Shown: positions 1 through 7,052 of the stretch, piece after piece
Position numbering within the stretch: the stretch's first letter is position 1
How the letters are laid out: each line of letters begins with the position of its first letter
Assembly (NCBI GenBank): GCA_041617155.1
Contig: JBFJPL010000003.1
Location: 19,189-83,188 of the forward strand
Length of the DNA stretch: 64,000 bases
Reading direction: 5' to 3'
DNA from: Kiloniellales bacterium
GTDB lineage: Bacteria > Pseudomonadota > Alphaproteobacteria > Kiloniellales > JAKSDN01
The notes under the pieces: model-generated
The model's input: the letters and a program-made list of their open reading frames with translations, nothing else
The model's database searches: none
Told to the model about the DNA's origin: nothing
Program-made: the position numbers and the translations under genes

Positions 1-1
1 C

Positions 2-718
2 TATGCCTTCGGGGTCGACATGGGATCGAAGAGCGACGGCCGCTTCCATGCCGACGGCAGCGTTTATTCGACCGGCCTGATCGACGACTACGCCACCGCG
101 ACCCTGAGCTTCCCGGGCAACTTCGGCGGCCAGGCGAGCGGCGAGGCGATCCTCAACTGGTCGCGCAGCGTTCTGGAAAACGTGCTCGCCTCGCACCGCA
201 GCGTGCGGGTCTACAACTGCAGCGACGGCGTTCGCATCGCCGGCGCCTTGCCCAAGGTGGCGCGCGCGATCGAGTTGCCGGCCGATCCGGTCGACGCCGC
301 GGCGCTCAAGCGGAGCATCGCCGGGTCTTTGCGCGTCTTTACCGCCAAGTTGCTGCAAGACATGTGGGACGGCGACGCCCGGCTGGCCGAGGTCGAGGCG
401 GTCTTCGATCGCCTGGAAGCCGACCTACGGGACAACGAGGACGGTGCGGAGCAGGGCATCGGCTGGATCCACGCGCTGTTCGAGACCGTCGGCCGGGCCG
501 GCGAACAGAGCGCGGTCACCAAGGCCTACTTGACCGGCACGACGCTGCTGATCATCGGCTGTGTCCGCTGGTACGACCGGCGGCTCGCCGACGCCAAGGA
601 CCGGACGCGCTATCGCGAAATCGCCGCGCAACTGGTGCGTGAGACCTTCCGCGATATGAGGCGGCAGTTGACCGAGCTGGTCCGGGAAACCGACCAGCGC
701 CTGCGCGCGGTCGGCTAG
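2..718 (+). CDS. C-terminal part of a hypothetical protein whose 5' end lies upstream of the window. Flagellin-locus associated, function unknown; a Maf/DUF115-type flagellin-modification role is only a guess.
   Basis: The frame of ORF 20..718 stays open back to base 2 (YAFGVD-MGSKSDGRF...), so the gene is cut by the window edge. Its stop TAG 716-718 lies in the palindrome CTAG that also supplies the stop of the convergent gene. Confidence 0.55.
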   Translation, partial: YAFGVDMGSKSDGRFHADGSVYSTGLIDDYATATLSFPGNFGGQASGEAILNWSRSVLENVLASHRSVRVYNCSDGVRIAGALPKVARAIELPADPVDAAALKRSIAGSLRVFTAKLLQDMWDGDARLAEVEAVFDRLEADLRDNEDGAEQGIGWIHALFETVGRAGEQSAVTKAYLTGTTLLIIGCVRWYDRRLADAKDRTRYREIAAQLVRETFRDMRRQLTELVRETDQRLRAVG

Positions 719-2706
719 ACGCCGGGTTTACGTGAGGGCCCCCGCGGGGCTCCGGTGGCGCAGTGGTCGCGCCACATGGCCCGGTAGGCCTGTTCCAGAG
801 CCCGCGCGAAACCGGCGACGTCGGCCAGCGGCGAGCGGCTCACCGCCTCGCGCAGGCCGGCCCGCAGCTCGGCCAGACGGCCAAGGTCGGCCGACAGGTC
901 AGCGGCCAGGGCGGCGAGCGCCGCTGCGGATTCGGCGGCCCAGCCGGGATGGCCCGCCGCGGCGACCAGACTTGCCCCCAGTCTCGTGCCGTGCCGGTCG
1001 CCGCTCAGGACCAGCAGCGGTACGCCCATCCACAAGGCCCGGCAGTTGTCCGCCAGCTCGCCCAGCGACCCGTTGGAGAGCGCCAAGTCGACGTGCTGGT
1101 AGAAATCGAACTCGGTCTGGAAGTTGTCGGCCATGTTGACGACATCGACACGGTTGCGCAGACCCAAGTGCGCGAACAGTTCCAACGGCCGGTCGATGCA
1201 GGACTGGTCCTGGTCGAAGCGGTTGCAGATCAATAGCCTGGCCCGGTCGAGCGACCGCAGCAGCCCGGCCCAGTGCGCCACGGTCCGCGGGCCGATCGCG
1301 CCCAGCTCGCCCGAGACGCCAAGCGTCAGGTGCCCGTGCGCCGGCGCGGGCAGGGGGCCGACCGGCGGCAGCAGGCTCGGCGCGCCGTAGGCGAAAGCGG
1401 CGCGTGGCAGGCGCCACACGGCCTCGCCGGTCGCGGGCGGCGGACAGTCGGCGGGCCAGGCCAGCTCGTCGGTGACGAAGTGGTCGATGGCGGCGACGCC
1501 GGTCGGATGCGGCGTGCCGAACCAGCTGAGCGCCACGGGCGCCGGGCGCCGGGCGAAGACCAGCGGTCGGCCGCCCTGTTCGTGGCCCGACAGATCGACC
1601 GCGATGTCGATCTGGTCGCCACGCAGGATTTGCCAGACCGTCTCGTCGTCGACTCCGGTGATGTCGGTCCACTTGTCGGACCGGCGCATCAGTCCCTCGG
1701 AGGTCACGTCGCTGCGGGTGCCGTCGCTGTAGCAGAAGAGCTCGACCGCCGTGCGGTCGTGCGCCTCGAGGATCGGCTTGAGCAGGCGCATCAGGTCATT
1801 GTCGTAGAACCCGCCCGAGAGGTAGGCGACGCGCAGCCGGCGCTCCGGTTCGGCATCTGCGCCTGCCGCCGGCCGCCAGGGCTCGATCCCGCCCGCGTGG
1901 CGCTGCTGCCATTCCCGATGGGCCGCGGTGAGGGCCGCGCTGGGGGTCTCCGGATCGCGCGCCAAATCCGCCAGCCAGAGGGAGTGCAGATCGGCGCGCT
2001 CCGGCGCCAGGTCGACGGCGGTCCGGTGGCAGGCGTCGGCCTCCGCCACCCGGCCGGCGGCGCTCAGGGTTCGAGCCAGGCCACTGACGTCCTCGGCCAG
2101 CGCCACGCCGTCATGGAGCACCGCGTGGAACGCTGCCATCGACCGTTCGAGCTGGCCGTTGCCGTAGCCGGCGCGGGCCATGAGCCGCAGGGTCGGAACA
2201 TCGCCGGGCGTCAGCTCGAGCTGTTTCCCGCTGTCGGCGGCCGCGCCGGCGAAATCGCCGGCTTCGAGCTTGCGCCGCGCCCGGTCGCGATAAACATGGC
2301 GATGGGTCGTCTCCAGGTTCCTGAAGAAGCTGCCGAAGCGCGCCGGCAGCAGACCCGTGATGGTCGGATGGGGCGCCAAGGCGGTCGCCACCTTGGCATG
2401 GAACAGCCCGTCGGCGACCTTGCCCAGGCGCGCGTAGGTCGCGGCCAGCGCCTCGGCGAATTCCTGAACGCCGGGATCGATCTCGTGCGCCTTTTCCAGC
2501 AGCTTGAGCGCCTGAGTCGGTTCATCGAGATCGAGCGTGACCAGGCCGAGCAGAAAGAACGCCTCGGCACATGCCGAATGCTGTTTCAGGGCGCTTTCGC
2601 AGGCCAGGATGGCGTCGTCGTGCAGCTCGGATTCCAGGCAGGCGGCCGCCTGTCGGATGGCCGCCGCAACCGCGCTCTCGTCCCGGTCCATGCCGGTCGG
2701 TTCCAT
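715..2706 (-). CDS. TPR-repeat plus GT41 (SPINDLY/OGT-like) glycosyltransferase; FlmG-like candidate flagellin glycosyltransferase
   Basis: 663 aa counted from ATG 2706 (MEPTGMDRDES...). The N-terminal half has TPR-like helices (AEAFFLLGLVTLDLDEPTQALKLLEKAHEIDP...). The C-terminal half matches the COG3914/OGT pattern (RLRVAYLSGGF...IDIAVDLSGHEQGGRPLVFARRPAPVALSWFGTPHPTGVAAIDHFVTDE). It sits 41 nt downstream of flagellin 1 on the same strand. The upstream 350 codons of track ORF 715..3780 are an out-of-frame shadow over the flagellin. Confidence 0.8.
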   Translation of the reverse strand: MEPTGMDRDESAVAAAIRQAAACLESELHDDAILACESALKQHSACAEAFFLLGLVTLDLDEPTQALKLLEKAHEIDPGVQEFAEALAATYARLGKVADGLFHAKVATALAPHPTITGLLPARFGSFFRNLETTHRHVYRDRARRKLEAGDFAGAAADSGKQLELTPGDVPTLRLMARAGYGNGQLERSMAAFHAVLHDGVALAEDVSGLARTLSAAGRVAEADACHRTAVDLAPERADLHSLWLADLARDPETPSAALTAAHREWQQRHAGGIEPWRPAAGADAEPERRLRVAYLSGGFYDNDLMRLLKPILEAHDRTAVELFCYSDGTRSDVTSEGLMRRSDKWTDITGVDDETVWQILRGDQIDIAVDLSGHEQGGRPLVFARRPAPVALSWFGTPHPTGVAAIDHFVTDELAWPADCPPPATGEAVWRLPRAAFAYGAPSLLPPVGPLPAPAHGHLTLGVSGELGAIGPRTVAHWAGLLRSLDRARLLICNRFDQDQSCIDRPLELFAHLGLRNRVDVVNMADNFQTEFDFYQHVDLALSNGSLGELADNCRALWMGVPLLVLSGDRHGTRLGASLVAAAGHPGWAAESAAALAALAADLSADLGRLAELRAGLREAVSRSPLADVAGFARALEQAYRAMWRDHCATGAPRGPSRKPGV

Positions 2707-2747
2707 GTCGGCGTTATCCGGCTTGCTCGTGGTCGCCCATGCCACGC

Positions 2748-3569
2748 CTACCTGAAGAGCTGCAGCACCGCCTGCTCGCTCTGGCCGGCGAAGGCCAGGG
2801 CGCTGATGCCCAGCTGCTGGCGGGTCTGCAGGGCCACCAGGTTGGCGCCCTCCTCGGTAATGTCGGCCAGGGTCAGCTTGTCGGCGCCGGCTTCGAGCAC
2901 GTTGACGTAGCTTTCGTTGAAGTCGAGCCGGGTCTGCAGCAGCGCGATGTTGGAGCCCAGCGTCTGGGCCTCGCCGCTGAGCGTTTCGATGGCGCTGGTG
3001 ATCTCGGCCAGGGCGGCGGTGATCACGCTGGCCAGGCTGAAGTTGGCCGCCGAGGTCAGGGCGAGCCCCGTGCTGCCCGCCCGGACGTCGATCGAATCGA
3101 TGTTGAGCACGCTCGTGGTATCTGTGCTGAACGACACCTCGAGGGTCTCGCCGGTGCCGTTCACCAGGTTCAGGCCCTGGTAGTTGGCGTCGCCGGTCAG
3201 GTTGTCGATCTGGGTGCGCAGCTCGTTGTACTGGTCGACCAGGCTGGTCAGCTCGTTGCCGGTCGCGGTCTTGGCGGCGATCGCCAGGCCCTTCATCTGC
3301 TGCACGATGGCGTCGACCGACTCGATAGCTTCCAGCGCCGTGGTGACCGAGGAGATCGACTGGTCGATGCCCTCCTTCTTCTCGTCCATGTCGCGCGCCC
3401 GGTCGCTGATCGCCTTCGATTCGAAGAAGATGCGGGCGTCGTCGATCGGGCTGGCAACCCGGAGCCCGGACGACAGCCGGTTCTGGGTGCGCGAGATCAG
3501 ACGCTCGGTGCTCAACAGCGCGAGCAGGTTCTCGCGCACGGCGGCGGAAAGGGAAATCTCGGAGGCCAT
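2748..3569 (-). CDS. fliC: Flagellin (short alphaproteobacterial type), paralog 1
   Basis: 273 aa. Conserved flagellin N-terminus (NRLSSGLRVASPIDDARIFFE) and C-terminus (LVALQTRQQLGISALAFAGQSEQAVLQLFR), with a Ser/Thr-rich centre. GGAG lies about 10 nt upstream of the ATG. Confidence 0.95.
   Translation of the reverse strand: MASEISLSAAVRENLLALLSTERLISRTQNRLSSGLRVASPIDDARIFFESKAISDRARDMDEKKEGIDQSISSVTTALEAIESVDAIVQQMKGLAIAAKTATGNELTSLVDQYNELRTQIDNLTGDANYQGLNLVNGTGETLEVSFSTDTTSVLNIDSIDVRAGSTGLALTSAANFSLASVITAALAEITSAIETLSGEAQTLGSNIALLQTRLDFNESYVNVLEAGADKLTLADITEEGANLVALQTRQQLGISALAFAGQSEQAVLQLFR
2772..2812. repeat. 41-nt stretch identical between the 3' ends of the two flagellin genes (partner copy at 3866-3906)
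   Basis: ctgctcgctctggccggcgaaggccagggcgctgatgccca is present at both positions. The surrounding roughly 130 nt differ at only scattered sites. Confidence 0.9.
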
Positions 3570-3628
3570 CGTCCCGTCTCCATACTGGAAGGGTTGCTAC
3601 GAACGGTCTTGTTCTTCGATGGCCTGGT

Positions 3629-3644
3629 TGCAATCGCTGTACCA
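3629..3644 (-). promoter_or_regulatory. sigma54-type -24/-12 promoter of flagellin 1
   Basis: The minus strand reads TGGTACAGCGATTGCA against consensus TGGCAC-N5-TTGCW, with correct GG-N10-GC spacing. It lies about 60 nt upstream of ATG 3569. Confidence 0.7.
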
Positions 3645-3719
3645 CAAGAAGTATGCAATTAAAACAGATAGTTAAAGATATCTGGTGAATTTCGTGGCGG
3701 TCATGCTTGCCGGTCGGGA

Positions 3720-3754
3720 GGCAGGCATTGCCGGGACCGATGGCAAAAGTTACC
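3720..3754. promoter_or_regulatory. Candidate enhancer (bEBP/FlbD-type) dyads upstream of the flagellin-1 sigma54 promoter
   Basis: GGCAGGCATTGCC (3720-3732) and GGCAAAAGTTACC (3742-3754) both follow the pattern GGCA-N5-T(G/A)CC. They lie 75-110 bp upstream of the promoter. Confidence 0.5.
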
Positions 3755-3778
3755 GGCGCCGCGGGGCGGCGCAGGGGC

Positions 3779-3807
3779 AAAAAAAGGGGGGCGCTTGCGC
3801 GCCCCCC
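3779..3807 (-). terminator. Rho-independent terminator after flagellin 2
   Basis: The minus strand reads GGGGGGCGC-GCAA-GCGCCCCCC followed by TTTTTTT, a perfect 9-bp GC stem. It lies 35 nt after the flagellin-2 stop and separates it from the flagellin-1 enhancer/promoter. Confidence 0.85.
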
Positions 3808-3841
3808 GAAAGGACCGATGGTCGGTGGGTCGTGCTGTCTC

Positions 3842-4663
3842 CTATCGGAACAGCGCCAACACCGACTGCTCGCTCTGGCCGGCGAAGGCCAGGGCGCTGA
3901 TGCCCAACTGCTGGCGAGTCTGCAATGCCACCAGGTTGGCGCCTTCCTCGGTGATGTCGGCCAAGGTCAGCTTGCCGGCGCCTTCCTCGAGAACGTTGAC
4001 GTAGTTCACGGTGAAGTCGAGGCGGGTCTGTAACAAGGCCACGTTCGAACCGATCTCCTGGCCCTCGCCTTCGAGGGTCTCGACCGCGGCATCGAGTTCC
4101 ACGATCGCCGCATCGATGTTCGAGGTGAGGCTGAAGTTCGCCGCCGAGGTGATGTCGAGGCCGGTCGTGTCGGTGGTCAGGTCGACCGAATCGATGGCCA
4201 GCTGGCTCGAGGTCAGGTTGCTGAACTCGACGGTCAGCGTCTCGCCGGTGCCGTTGACCAGGTTGAGGCCCTGGAAGGTGGCGTCGGCCGCCAGGTTGTC
4301 GATCTGGGTCAACAGCTCGTTGTACTGCGAGACCAGCGATGCCAGCTCGGTGCCGGTCGCCGATTTGGCGGCGATCGCCAGACCCTTGGCCTGACGGACG
4401 ACCGAGTCGATCGTCTCGACCGCCTCGAGGGCGGCGCTGACCGAAGAGATCGCCTGATCGATGCCGCTCTTCTTTTCGTCGAGCGCGCTGGCCCGGTCGC
4501 TGAGCGACTTGGCCTCGAAGAAGACACGCGCATCGTCGACCGGGCTCGCGATGCGCAGGCCGGACGACAGACGGTTGTTGGTGCGGTTGATCAGGTCGCT
4601 GGTGTTGCCCAGCGCGAGCACGCTGGCGCGTGCGGCTGCGGAAAGGGTGATTTCACTTGCCAT
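3842..4663 (-). CDS. fliC: Flagellin, paralog 2
   Basis: 273 aa, colinear with paralog 1 without indels. Same N and C termini (NRLSSGLRIASPVDDARVFFE ... ALAFAGQSEQSVLALFR). GGAG lies upstream of the ATG. Confidence 0.95.
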   Translation of the reverse strand: MASEITLSAAARASVLALGNTSDLINRTNNRLSSGLRIASPVDDARVFFEAKSLSDRASALDEKKSGIDQAISSVSAALEAVETIDSVVRQAKGLAIAAKSATGTELASLVSQYNELLTQIDNLAADATFQGLNLVNGTGETLTVEFSNLTSSQLAIDSVDLTTDTTGLDITSAANFSLTSNIDAAIVELDAAVETLEGEGQEIGSNVALLQTRLDFTVNYVNVLEEGAGKLTLADITEEGANLVALQTRQQLGISALAFAGQSEQSVLALFR

Positions 4664-4736
4664 TCTGGATCTCCATTCTGAAGCGTTATGTCATGGACCT
4701 TCTGGTCCCCGGGCCGTTCTGACCCACCCCTTCAGA

Positions 4737-4752
4737 CGCAATGGCCGTGCCA
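4737..4752 (-). promoter_or_regulatory. sigma54-type -24/-12 promoter of flagellin 2
   Basis: The minus strand reads TGGCACGGCCATTGCG, a near-perfect match with correct spacing. It lies about 75 nt upstream of ATG 4663. Confidence 0.8.
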
Positions 4753-4828
4753 CCCGAGGCGCGGCGGACCGCCCCAGGCGGCCCGCTGGCGCCTATACTT
4801 AATGCCGTTTAACCACGTGCTTCGACCC

Positions 4829-4882
4829 GGCAGAACTTACCGGGTTGCGCGGCAATTCTTGCCCAACGGGGCAGTTGTTGCC
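4829..4882. promoter_or_regulatory. Candidate enhancer dyads upstream of the flagellin-2 sigma54 promoter
   Basis: GGCAGAACTTACC (4829-4841), GGCAATTCTTGCC (4851-4863) and GGCAGTTGTTGCC (4870-4882). They lie 77-130 bp upstream of the promoter. Confidence 0.55.
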
Positions 4883-4917
4883 GGGCTGTCGATCGTTGGA
4901 TTTCGAGGGGGCGCCGA

Positions 4918-5751
4918 TCAGGCGAAGAGGTTGAGCACCGAGCCCGGTTCGACTTCCCGGGGCAGGAGCGTGCTCTCGGCCAGCGAGTCGGTGAGCGCCT
5001 GGGCGGCTTCGAAGGCGAAGGATATATTGGTCAGGATCTGCGCGGTGCGGTCGCGCAGCGCCTGGATCTCGTCGATCTGCTTCTTGCGCTCGGCGATCTC
5101 GATGTCGTCGATCTTGAGCTTGGCCTGGTCCAGGCTGCGGTCCACGGTTTTGATCAGGTTGACCGACAGCGTGTTGTTGATTTCGATGATCGCGAGCGAT
5201 CCGTCGAGGTCGCTCCTGACGGCGTCGATCGCATCCTGCGCGGCCTGAACGTCCGCCGCCGAGGCGAAGTCGTTGGTGACGATGGCCTCGATCGCCGCCA
5301 GGCCGTCGGCCTTGGTCGCCGCCAGCCCGTCCGGCGCGCCCAAGCGGCCGGGGGTGGCGCTCAGCAGCTTGTCCAGCGACTGCAGCACCTCGGCCCGCTT
5401 GCTGTCGAACTCGGCCACGGTCGTGGGATCGGCTAGCGCGCGCAGCTCATCGAGCTGATTCTGCAGGTCCTTCACGGTCAGCCGGTTGGTCTTGACCGTG
5501 GCGCTATAGGCTTTGACCTCCTCGAGTTCGCGTTCCAGGCGGCTTGCCTTGACCCGCAGCAAGGCGGTCTTGCCCTGCCCGAAGTCGGACTCCTGGAATT
5601 CCGCGATCTTCGCATCGAGGCGGGCCAGCTCGACGTTCTGGGCGATGTTGAACTGCAGCTCGAAGTTCGGGCGCGCCGCCGCCTGCGCCAGCCGCACCAG
5701 GGAGGTGGCGATGCTGTTGACGATGGTGTTATTGGTCGGAAACGTCAGCAT
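4918..5751 (-). CDS. Hypothetical coiled-coil protein in the flagellin/hook-associated-protein operon (unknown function)
   Basis: 277 aa, Ala/Leu/Asp/Glu-rich heptad-like sequence with no TM or signal peptide. Sits between flgL (78 nt upstream) and the flagellin-2 control region. The C-terminus ...EPGSVLNLFA resembles the flagellin ends ...SVLALFR / AVLQLFR. I recognise no family. Confidence 0.7.
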   Translation of the reverse strand: MLTFPTNNTIVNSIATSLVRLAQAAARPNFELQFNIAQNVELARLDAKIAEFQESDFGQGKTALLRVKASRLERELEEVKAYSATVKTNRLTVKDLQNQLDELRALADPTTVAEFDSKRAEVLQSLDKLLSATPGRLGAPDGLAATKADGLAAIEAIVTNDFASAADVQAAQDAIDAVRSDLDGSLAIIEINNTLSVNLIKTVDRSLDQAKLKIDDIEIAERKKQIDEIQALRDRTAQILTNISFAFEAAQALTDSLAESTLLPREVEPGSVLNLFA

Positions 5752-5829
5752 GGTCGATCCAACAAATTAGAGCCCGGACCAGTTTACACCGATGCCCGTT
5801 AAGTTCGTCCTAATGGACTAGCTAAACGG

Positions 5830-7020
5830 TCATATGAAATCCAGAAGCGTGAGCGACTGAAGCCTGGCGAGCGAGGCGTAGGATGCCTCGAGCACCTGCT
5901 GATTGCTTTGCAGCCGGACGACGACTTCGTTGCGGTCGATGTGCTCGATGTCGTGGATCACGCCCTCGGCGTAGGCCGAGAGGCTTTCGTGTCGTTCGCG
6001 CGCGAACTTCAGGTTGTCGCGCGCCCGGCTCAGTTCGATGCGCAACTGGTCCAGAGTGTCGATACCGCTGCCGTTCAGGGCATCCAGGGCGCCGTTCAGC
6101 ATGTCGCGCGCCTTGGCGACGACCGCCCGTTGGAAGGGGTCGCCGGTGTCGCCGTCCGGCAGGTTGGCGACCGCGTCGAGCGCGCTCAGAACCTGCTGGA
6201 AGGCGGTCAGGTCGGCGCGCACGTCGAAGGTCACGTCCAGGTCGTCGTCGGCCCGTACGGTGGTCGCCTGGGTGTCGCCCTGATAGTAGTCCAACTTCGG
6301 GTTGGCCAGCAGGGCGGCCGCGTCCAGGCGGTCGACGTAGTACTGCCACAGCGCCGGGTCCTCGGCGACGAACTCGCTCAAGGTCGGGTTGTCCAGGTCG
6401 GCCGGCAGCGGCCCGGCCGGCAGCGCGCCGTTCTTGTCGAAAAAAATCTGCTGGTAGAAGGACCCCTGGGCGAAGGGCAGGGTGTTGCCTTGGACCTGGG
6501 TATAGTCGGCCTCGTAGTAGGTGCTGTCGACCGTCACCCCGTCGGCCTCGATCAGCGTCACGCTGGTGTAGCCCGGCGCGGACAGGTCGACCGGCGGCCG
6601 GTCGACCCGCGCGCCGGCGAAGAGAAAGCGCGCGCCGTCGCGCGAGTTGAGCAGGTCCGCGACCATGGCCCGCCGGTCCGCCGCCAGCTGGACCAGGTCG
6701 CTGCCCAAGGCGTCGGGGCCGTTGAGCGCCGTTTCCAGGATGGCGCGGAAATCACGGCTGACCTCCTCGATCGAGGCGACACTGAGATCGAGCAGTTCGA
6801 GGCGCTGCTCCCCGGTCGCGATGTTGCTGGTGAACTGTGTGATCTCCAGGCGCGTGATCTCCAGCGAGACCAGGCGCAACGCGTCCTTGTCGATGCCGGC
6901 GTAGTCCTGGGATTTCTTGTCGCTGGCGAGCTGGATTTGCAGGTCCTGCGCGCGCGACAAAGTGTTGAGCGTGTGGAACAGCGTCAGATTGTTCTGCGCG
7001 AGAGTGCCGACACGGATCAT
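5830..7020 (-). CDS. flgL: Flagellar hook-associated protein 3 (hook-filament junction)
   Basis: 396 aa with flagellin-like termini (MIRVGTLAQNNLTLFHTLNTLSRAQ... ; ...LEASYASLARLQSLTLLDFI). Located directly downstream of flgK. Confidence 0.85.
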   Translation of the reverse strand: MIRVGTLAQNNLTLFHTLNTLSRAQDLQIQLASDKKSQDYAGIDKDALRLVSLEITRLEITQFTSNIATGEQRLELLDLSVASIEEVSRDFRAILETALNGPDALGSDLVQLAADRRAMVADLLNSRDGARFLFAGARVDRPPVDLSAPGYTSVTLIEADGVTVDSTYYEADYTQVQGNTLPFAQGSFYQQIFFDKNGALPAGPLPADLDNPTLSEFVAEDPALWQYYVDRLDAAALLANPKLDYYQGDTQATTVRADDDLDVTFDVRADLTAFQQVLSALDAVANLPDGDTGDPFQRAVVAKARDMLNGALDALNGSGIDTLDQLRIELSRARDNLKFARERHESLSAYAEGVIHDIEHIDRNEVVVRLQSNQQVLEASYASLARLQSLTLLDFI

Positions 7021-7052
7021 GGCCTTGGTTCCTTATTTCCTGCTTTGAGTCA

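Noticed and set aside
715-3780. 1021-aa ORF spanning the glycosyltransferase and flagellin 1
   Set aside because: The N-terminal roughly 350 residues are Arg/Pro/Gly-rich low-complexity sequence read out of frame across the flagellin gene and its promoter. The recognisable protein begins at ATG 2706, and the flagellin (2748-3569) is the real gene there.
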